Of a stretch of 64,000 bases of DNA, positions 47,917 through 55,803 are shown piece by piece (positions within the stretch are counted from its first letter, which is position 1; each line of letters begins with the position of its first letter). The notes under the pieces were generated by a model. The model saw nothing but the letters and a program-made list of their open reading frames with translations. It had not been told where the DNA came from and did no database searches. Both the position numbers and the translations under genes were made by a program. The DNA is from Nitrosopumilus sp. (GTDB lineage: Archaea > Thermoproteota > Nitrososphaeria > Nitrososphaerales > Nitrosopumilaceae): positions 2,368,001 through 2,432,000 of the forward strand of contig OZ244651.1 in the NCBI GenBank assembly GCA_965218695.1, given 5' to 3'.

Positions 47917-48985
47917 TCTCCTGCAACCTTTCAGGACTGGAAGGGCAAGTTCCTGCAGGGAGGCAAACATGCTCTCATAAACAGGGGAGATGCGGCCAAA
48001 AACCATTTGGCAGAGGTGGAAAACCTCAAGCGCATAATCGACAAGATCACCGTAGCCAACGACATTTTAAAAAAAACTTTGGAGGGAACAAAGTGATGAG
48101 AATGCAGGCCATCAGTGATGTAAGCAGGCACATGAGCCTGAACAAGGCCCTGCAGTACTGCGGCATGTCCAAGCATGCCTGGTACTACACCAAGAAGCCA
48201 AGAGACGTGGCCATGGACCCGGACGTGGTTGACGTGGTAAGAACCATAGCCTCCAAGCGTCCCACGTACGGAACCAGGCGCATGGCAGCGCAGGTCACCA
48301 GGGAGACAAACATTCCAACAAATCGCAAGAGAATACAGCGAATATATCACAAAATAGGCTGGATCGAGCCCAAAAAGACTAAAAACGACATCATTCGTGC
48401 CTCAAGGCGCAGGAGGTTCAAGCCCACCGCACCCAACCAGCTATGGGAGACTGACATAACGTACATCCACTGCGGGATTGATGGATGGTGCTACTGTTTC
48501 AACGTCCTTGACGTGTTCACCAGAAAGTGGGTGGCGTACATGTTTGACACCACGGCTCCTGCCCACACGGCAGTGCAATCGGTGCTAAAGGCGGTGTCGT
48601 CTGCAGGAGAGATCTCAAACCTGAGGCTCAGGACCGACAACGGTTCCCAGTACAGCAGCCGCGAATTCAAAAAGGCCATGCAGGCACTGGGGATAAGACA
48701 CGAGTTCATCTGGAAGCAGACGCCGGAGCAGAACGGACACGTGGAGTCATTCCACGGGACGCTCAAGAGGGAGTACATCTGGCCGCATGAATTTGCACGC
48801 TTTCAGGATGCCGAGGTCGTGCTTGCAAAGGCCTTTGAGGACTACAACAAGGACAGGATCCATTCGGCGCTGGGATATCTTACACCTGATGAGTTTGTAG
48901 GCAAGATGGAGGTTGGGAATAAATGAGAGGCAGGATTATTCGGAAAAGATGCAAAAAGTGGTACCAAAAACAGGGGTCCAGATCA
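47917..48985 (+). mobile_element. IS3-family element, 5'-truncated
   Basis: orfA tail to 48096, A8C slippery site near 48069-48077, right end ...GGGGTCCAGATCA. Confidence 0.82.
48093..48926 (+). CDS. IS3-family OrfB (rve integrase core)
   Basis: WETDITY, TDNGSQY, ESFHGTLKRE and RIHSALGYLTP motifs. Confidence 0.92.
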   Translation: MMRMQAISDVSRHMSLNKALQYCGMSKHAWYYTKKPRDVAMDPDVVDVVRTIASKRPTYGTRRMAAQVTRETNIPTNRKRIQRIYHKIGWIEPKKTKNDIIRASRRRRFKPTAPNQLWETDITYIHCGIDGWCYCFNVLDVFTRKWVAYMFDTTAPAHTAVQSVLKAVSSAGEISNLRLRTDNGSQYSSREFKKAMQALGIRHEFIWKQTPEQNGHVESFHGTLKREYIWPHEFARFQDAEVVLAKAFEDYNKDRIHSALGYLTPDEFVGKMEVGNK

Positions 48986-49144
48986 AAGACGTTCTATGAA
49001 GATATCTAAAATGGTTATCCAAATGAATTTTTCCGTTTAGATATCTATCAAAGAACTTGAGTTGTAATACTGTCTAGCACTTTGAATTGAATTTGTCAAT
49101 GGCTTGCATGATCCTTTAAATGTTCAAATTACCTTAATGGCATC

Positions 49145-49453
49145 ATGGGGTTTCTGTCAAATTTTAAAAAAAAATCTAATGAGGCTAAAAAAGCCAAAGC
49201 AGCACAAATCAACGGCAAAGAACTAAAAAAGTTACTAAAGAAATTCAAAGAGGAACGAGACAGAATTGAGAAAGAGACAGGCGTCAGACCTCAAATCGAT
49301 TCTCATACACAGATGTTCATGCAGAAAATTCTAAACGTTTGGATTGATCAGGGAAGAAATATTGATGAAGAGAAATTTTGGAGGGAAGTTGATTATAACC
49401 GACAGTTTACTCACCCTGTAGAATATTATGAGAGAAACCATCATGGTGTATAA
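49145..49453 (+). CDS. hypothetical protein (AT-rich)
   Basis: 102-aa ORF with a TTTAAA box about 25-30 nt upstream. Confidence 0.7.
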   Translation: MGFLSNFKKKSNEAKKAKAAQINGKELKKLLKKFKEERDRIEKETGVRPQIDSHTQMFMQKILNVWIDQGRNIDEEKFWREVDYNRQFTHPVEYYERNHHGV

Positions 49454-49708
49454 TAATAAGGAGCATGTAGTAGAGATATCATCACTTGATGCTATAGTGA
49501 AACGTGAAAGTTTGTTCCAAGTTCAACACATCAAACCGGAAACCATGTAGATCACATAGTCTTCTGACGCTGCATGGTCAAAGTAACACGGGAAAAACTC
49601 GAAGAGGCATACCGGAAGGAGGAGGATCACAGGGTGGGAGCCGGAATGCTTGCAGTACACATGAGATCTCATGCAGAATGCGCCTGACTTAAAAAACTGA
49701 ATTAAATT

Positions 49709-51967
49709 GTAAGAGGTCGCCTTTGCGAAGCGATTTCGTGCCTGATCTGCCCCGATTAATTACCAACTGAGCTACGTTTTCGGCCGTAAATGCCCATTTA
49801 ATTGGCATTATTCTGAGTTTTTCCGGGGGAGTCCGACTGAGCTACGTTTTGGCAGATCCGGTGATCGGGCTTGCGAAGTGGCCTTTTTTGGCGCTGTCCG
49901 GGGCGGTGCGTTGTGCCCGAATCGGGTGGCGGGCCGGCACGGCGGCCTGACATGTCAGGCAACCGGTGCGACGGGAGTCGCGCAGGACATGCAGGGCAGC
50001 CATGGATGGATTTTGCAGGATTTATGCAGCTGTTGCTGCTACTGCCGGTATTTTTTCGACCATGCCTCGCATGTAGTCGACCAAAAAGTCGTGCGGGTTG
50101 ACGCCGCGCATCCTGCACGTCTCGCGGATGGTGGCCAGGACGGCGTGGTTGTATGCGCCGGCAAGGCTCTTGCTGCCGCCTGAGACCTTCCGGGATGCGA
50201 CGCTGGGCCGCAGGGGACGCTCGGCATCGTTGTTATGGCACTTTGTGTTGAGGCGGATGAATGGGAACAGATGGGTGATCTCGCGCCGCAGCCGCTTGAC
50301 AAACCGCTTGCAGTGGGGTTCGGTGTAGCTGCCAGACATCAGGCGCCTCACCCGGGCCAGGAGGTTGCGCACCTTGAGGTTTCGCGCGGCCTTGTCGTCA
50401 TGCGGGTTGAGTCCCTTCTCTGCGTGCCAGGAATCGATGATTATCCCCTTTAGGGCCTTGGCAAACTTTTTGAATTCTGGCCCCGGGTTTTTCATGGCCA
50501 GGGTGCGGATGATCTCGCGGAGATAGTGGTAGTGGCACTTTTGGTGGGTTCTGCCGATGCGGTTCCACGCGGAGTGTGAATCAGAGGTGACGTGGCCTGC
50601 GTACCCTCCAAGCAGGGTCTCCAGCACGTCTCCTCCCCGGCGCTTGTCCACGTAAAAGACAGTCGAGTTGTCACCGACTAGTATCCACAGCCAGTACAGC
50701 ACACCGGCTACCCTCCAGCTGGTCTCGTCCCCGAAGACATGCTCTGAGAAGAATATCTCCTCGAGCATCTCCTCGTAGAGCGGGTGGAGGGATCCTGTCA
50801 CGGCATCCACGTGGCCGATGACAGTCGACTTTGCAAGGCCCGTGTGGTAGATTATGTTGATCAGCTTGCGGATGGGTTCGTATGGAATGTTGTACATCCT
50901 CATCGTCGTCTCAAGGCACGTCAGGCTGGCGCCGAACCGTCCACCGGGGACGACCCCTGGGATCTCGGGGGCAAACTGCCTGCCGCATTCCCTGCAGTAC
51001 CTGCGGACGACGGTATACTGGATGCCGGTCAGCTTCCCGTCGATAATCTCCTCGACTACCCGGATGGTCACCTCGGTGGGCTCCTTCGAGAGGGCATGGC
51101 CGTGCGGGCAGGCGGGCATGTCGACTAGCTTTTTTTCGGATATCGGGGGAGGATCACGGCCGGTGCGCAGGCAGACGACCTTCCTGAACGGATTCGGCGC
51201 AGGCCCGGGCGATTCCCGGAGCCGCTTCTGGGAGCGGCGGCTTTTGATGCCCAGATTCTCGGCTGCCAGCGCCGAGTTGGCCGCGCGCGCCTCCCTCAAC
51301 TGAGAGGCATGCTCTGATGCCTGCTGCTCCAGGCGGGCTATCCTGTCCATGACTGCCTGCGAGACGTCGCATCCCTGCAGGAGGGCGGCATTCTCTGCCC
51401 GCAGCTTCTCTACCTCTACCTTCAAATTCTCCATATCTCCTCCCAGATTCTCTATCTCTGCATCTTTCAGCTCTATCTCGGAGTCCTTTTGTTCTATCTC
51501 GGAGTCCTTTTGCACATTCTCTTCTTCCAGCAGTTTGATCCTGGCATCCATCTCCGTCAGCATCGCGTGTTCCCCTGAGAAGGCCTCTGCCTCCTCCTTC
51601 AGCTGCTCGATGTCTTTTCTCAGCGCCATGCTCTCCTCGTCCTTGGATTTGAGCATGTCAAGGACGGATTCGAAGAGGGACCTGGTGTCTGTTACGGAGT
51701 TCCAGTCAATCTTTTCCAAGTCGATTACAGGCACCACGCCATAACACGGGAAGGCATGATCCATAAAGCTTTTGGGCACGCAGCGCCTGCCGGAAAATGC
51801 GGCGCAAAAGATCCAACCGGAAGAGCCTTGATCCGAAAACCGCCCTGTCTGAGGACCGTGTTGATAACGTGCAATTAATCGGGTATTTATGGTCAAAAAC
51901 GTAGCTCAGTTGGTAATTAATCGGGACAGATCAGGCACGGAATCGCTTCGCAAAGGCGACCTCTTAC
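49709..51967 (-). mobile_element. IS66-family element with very long TIRs
   Basis: TIRs of 70 bp or more starting GTAAGAGGTCGCC; 8-bp TSD ATTAAATT at 49701-49708 and 51968-51975. Confidence 0.9.
50022..51764 (-). CDS. IS66 transposase with long N-terminal coiled coil
   Basis: GDETSW, QKCHYHY and HNNDAERPLRP motifs; start uncertain. Confidence 0.88.
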   Translation of the reverse strand: MDHAFPCYGVVPVIDLEKIDWNSVTDTRSLFESVLDMLKSKDEESMALRKDIEQLKEEAEAFSGEHAMLTEMDARIKLLEEENVQKDSEIEQKDSEIELKDAEIENLGGDMENLKVEVEKLRAENAALLQGCDVSQAVMDRIARLEQQASEHASQLREARAANSALAAENLGIKSRRSQKRLRESPGPAPNPFRKVVCLRTGRDPPPISEKKLVDMPACPHGHALSKEPTEVTIRVVEEIIDGKLTGIQYTVVRRYCRECGRQFAPEIPGVVPGGRFGASLTCLETTMRMYNIPYEPIRKLINIIYHTGLAKSTVIGHVDAVTGSLHPLYEEMLEEIFFSEHVFGDETSWRVAGVLYWLWILVGDNSTVFYVDKRRGGDVLETLLGGYAGHVTSDSHSAWNRIGRTHQKCHYHYLREIIRTLAMKNPGPEFKKFAKALKGIIIDSWHAEKGLNPHDDKAARNLKVRNLLARVRRLMSGSYTEPHCKRFVKRLRREITHLFPFIRLNTKCHNNDAERPLRPSVASRKVSGGSKSLAGAYNHAVLATIRETCRMRGVNPHDFLVDYMRGMVEKIPAVAATAA

Positions 51968-52088
51968 ATTAAATTGGGTTATTCCCACGTGCGGCACCAC
52001 ATGCGGCCGAATATCCACAGAATCGTAAAGCATGCCAATCCAAGAAGGATAACCGAAACGTTAAGATCGGTGATTTTTACGCCACACC

Positions 52089-54549
52089 GTGATGGCAATG
52101 CTAGTCGATCCAACGGTGCAGAGATTACAGCAGGAAAACGAGGCGCTCAGGGAGTCGGATGAATTCCGCCGGCAGAGGATCAGGGCCCTCAGGGAGGCGC
52201 GCAGGACAGACCGACAGAAGTGCGAGGCCCTCGAGGAACACCTGACTGATCACTGGACTGTCACGTCTAGGTATCTTGACGACATCATAAAATATCCTGA
52301 ATTCCTGCACGCCATGACGCTGCGCACCCCGGAAAGGTTTGACCACACGCTGCACCGCCTCGAGGATCTTTTGGAGCGGAACGGGGAGACTGCGCTCTTT
52401 TCTGAAATCAAGAGCAGATCGAAAAACTCCGGGAGCAGGCGCATCCTGCCCCTGAGGCACGCGTATACCAGCAATGAAAAATTCATATCAAAATCGCTCA
52501 TAAATTTTTGATGCAACAGCCGTCTCTGGAAATTACGAGGTGCGTTGAATTCCCAAATGACGAGAAAAGACGCCCCGAACATTAGACATTGCATGCTCTG
52601 GTGCGCCGTGCATGGCACACGCTAGGCGGCGTGGATCCGGTGCGGTTTGATGTCGTTCTAGATGGCCCTGTACAGAAAATTCTCGACTACCAGATTCGGT
52701 TTTTTGTACCTCGTGTACCGGGTGATCGCCTCGCGGAGCATGCTCAGGCTGGTGTACGGCACGTCAAGCACTGCCCGTTTGAGATCCCTCCAGTACGTCT
52801 CTATGGCGCTCAGGTCCGGGGTCGCAGTTGGCAGGAAGATTATCTCCAGGCCGTCTGTGCCATCAAGCAGTTTGCGTATGTTTGATGCCCTGTGCTGGGA
52901 GGCCTTGTCCATGATCAGGCAGATCTTCTTGAACCTGTACATCGCCTGCCTTAGAAAGTCCTCAAAGGTGTCCTTGGTAAACGCATCGTACTGCCGGAAC
53001 ATGCCCCTGCCGTCCGTGGTGATTAGTCCATGGATTATCGTCTTGGAGTGTGAGCCGGTGTACGTGAAAAACGCCCGTATTCCCTTCCTGGTGTAGCCGC
53101 GTCTTCGCGGCCGCGCATCGGAGATTACTATGGACTCGTCCTGTATCGCTACGACTGTTCCTTCACTGTTCTTTTTTTATAATCTCTGGCATCTCTTTTT
53201 GGAATTTCCTGATCTCCTCGTCAGGTGCCCTTCTTGCATGTTTTCCTACGGGAACCTTTTGGGAATAGCCCCACCCGCGCAGTATCTGGCGCACATATCC
53301 GAGTTCGTACTTTACTCCGGTCTTCTGTTGGATGTATTGCTGCATCTCCCTGCCCGTCCAGACCGGTTTACTGCATGCGGCCTTTCTGATCTTCTTCATG
53401 TCTGCCTTGCTCGCCTTGGTCGGCCTGCCGGAGCGCGGCATGTTTCCCAGCCTGTCAAATCCGACTTCCAGGTAGCGCTCATGCCACTTGTAGCCCCACG
53501 AGGCTGACTTTCCCAGGGATTTTGCAGAATCCCTCATGGTTATTCCATCACGTTTGACTCTGATGATCAGCATCATGCGGTCCTTGGTATCGCAGTCTGT
53601 CTCAGCGGTGTATCTTTTCAACATCGTCTTGATCTTCATTGACTGTGGGACGTGAAATTGGTATAACTCTAGATGCGGTAAAATATGTGACAATCGCATC
53701 AACTTTTCACTTTTGGTATACCTGCTGTGGCTGTTTCGGGCAAGGCTGAGCATACCGCAGGAAGCCCTTGCCGCGATGTTTGGCGTCGACCAGGCCACAG
53801 TCTCCAGGTACCTTCCGCTGATGACCAGGCTGCTAGGCGAGACAGGCACGGCGCCGCGCAAAATCAGCGAGGCTGCACAAAAGGCCAGGACGCTTGAGGA
53901 GAGCAAGAAGATAATACCCGGCAGGAGGGGAGGAGAACTGATGGTGGACGGCACGCACAACCGGGTCAGAAGGTCCGCGGACAAGGAGAGGCGCAAAAAG
54001 ACGTACTCTGGCAAGAAGAAGGCACACACGTACAACACCAACATCGTGATCAACAAGCGCCGCGTGATAGTGGCGATAAGCAAGACCGTTCCGGGCAGCG
54101 TCCACGACAAGACCCTGCTCAACGAGGATCCGCCAAACCTTGGAATCATTACGGCAAGGATGGGTCAGAAGGACGTGCCCGAAAAGGAAAAGCCTGACGT
54201 CCTGATGGACAAGGGCTACCAAGGGGCAAGAGAGGAATATCCCGGATGGCACATCAGGCACCCGCACAAGAAAAAGCGTGGAGCCGACAAAAAGACCGGC
54301 GGCCTGACAAAGAAGCAACGCGCCTACAACAAGAGGGTAAACAGCTCCCGTGTGGCCATAGAGCACGTTATCGGAAGCCTGAAACAGTACAAGAGGCTGA
54401 CTGACCCGTACGACGGCACCGAGGAGGAGTACAACGACGAGCTCAACGCGATTGCGGGAATGGTAAACCAGGATCTGATGTGGGACGAAATAAAACTCAG
54501 GGACGCGGACCTTCTCAAAAGGCTGGCCGAGAAAAGGGCGCGCCTCTGA
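52089..54549 (+). pseudogene. DDE_Tnp_4-type transposase split by IS630 type 2
   Basis: Rejoins in frame as LRHAY-LLWLF; VDGTH, MDKGYQG and RVAIEH motifs. Confidence 0.85.
52464..53720 (-). mobile_element. IS630 type 2, copy b
   Basis: Near-identical to 36334-37590. Confidence 0.9.
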
Positions 54550-55568
54550 GGCAGGGCGGCACGAGCCGCCTGACGGAGTGAAAGACAGGTGGCATCAGGC
54601 AGTGCAGGAATGTCGCGCACGGCATCCAATATTTGTGCAAATTCCCCCACCATTCCCCATGAAACAACCTGCCGCCCCGGGGACGGATGCCGCACATCCA
54701 CAGGACGTGCCTTATTTTCCAATACTGGAAACTGGATTTTTCACATGGACGTGCAAGACAAATTTGTAAAATATACGGCAGACGAGATTTTCAAATATGG
54801 CCACGTCTAGCGCAGTTCTGACATGATTTTATGATTTGCCACGTCAGGCACATTCTGCATAGGATCTATGGTACATTTTCGTAAAATGAGCATAGATGAT
54901 GCAGCCGTCAATCTTCTGCGATGTCCCAAGTGGGTACGCAACTGATTGGGACGCTTCGAAGCCGGAGGCCTTGAAGGCCTCCGGGATCTTCCCAGGTCCG
55001 GCAGGCCGCCCAAGATTTCACAGGAAGCGATGAATGGCGTACTGGGCAAGGCAGACCGGTTCAAGACCACTCCTGCTGAAGTGCGACAGGTCATACACAA
55101 GGAGACCGGAACAAAGATGCACAGAACGAACGTTAGAAAAATCATGCAAAAATACGGCCTGTCTCCCAAGGGGTCACAAAAAATTCACATCAACAGGGCC
55201 ACCAAGGCAGCTGTAAAAAGTTGGCAATATCACCTCAAAAAGAGAATTTCACGCCTAGAAAAAGACGGTTTTGTCATAGCCATGGAAGACGAGGCGTTCT
55301 TCATACACGATGTAAAATCCGGTCGCAAGTACTGGTCCCCCGTGGGGGTGCCAATAATCGTGCCATACACGGGAAGCCACAAAAGAATTACCGCGTACGG
55401 TTCAATTACAATGGATGGCAGGCAGTTCTTCAGGACAGAAAGATGGTTTAACGCGCCCACTTTTGTTGCATATCTCAAGGCCATGCAGAGACATTTTGGG
55501 AAGGTAACTGTCATGGTGGACCGGGCGTCCCCGCACCGCGCAAAGCTTGTCAAGAAATTATTGCGGGA

Positions 55569-55703
55569 GATTCTGCGGCCGGCCCGGTGCCAGAATGGGT
55601 CAGGACGGTTGTCGGAGACTGGTCAGGCGGCACTGCAGAAGATTATGCCTTCGTCAACGCCATACAGTTTCTCATCCGGAGCGGCATGATGGGCCTGGGC
55701 TGA
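55569..55703 (+). pseudogene. 3' remnant of a secreted protein gene (IPxW-type thaumarchaeal domain)
   Basis: Unlisted frame reads VPEWVRTVVGDWSGGTAEDYAFVNAIQFLIRSGMM. Confidence 0.7.
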
Positions 55704-55803
55704 CTGGAATATCCTGATTGCCTGCCCGTGTTTGGGCAGCCTTGGCTCAAGCAACCGGATAATGCCTGCCGCACATCCAAAATCAAGCGGCGGTCCGTGC
55801 CGC

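Larger units (their letters stand above)
49664..54867 (+). mobile_element. IS5-family (ISL2-like) element, copy d, doubly interrupted
   Basis: TIRs AGATCTCATGCAGAATGCGCCTGAC / GTCAGGCACATTCTGCATAGGATCT; TSD ATG at 49661-49663 and 54868-54870. Confidence 0.88.
49493..55570 (+). mobile_element. IS630 type 1-like pseudo-element hosting three nested IS
   Basis: Left end TATAGTGAAACG; ORF from about 49574 to 49663 resumes at 54871; TGA at about 54943; truncated at about 55570. Confidence 0.82.

Noticed and set aside
53163-54149. 328-aa ORF as a novel fusion protein
   Set aside because: It is an artefact of IS630 orfA reading back into the antisense strand of the interrupted IS5.
27505-54945. TGA read-through or alternative code suggested by in-frame TGAs at 27505, 39144 and about 54943
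   Set aside because: Many intact genes end in TGA. Two of the three loci carry other lesions, and the IS630 TGA is TGG in sister copies.
55591-55604. CAGAATGGGTCAGG as a target of the putative TnpB guide (flank CAGAAATGGGTCAGG)
   Set aside because: The match is short and gapped and lacks the TSD-derived seed; probably chance.
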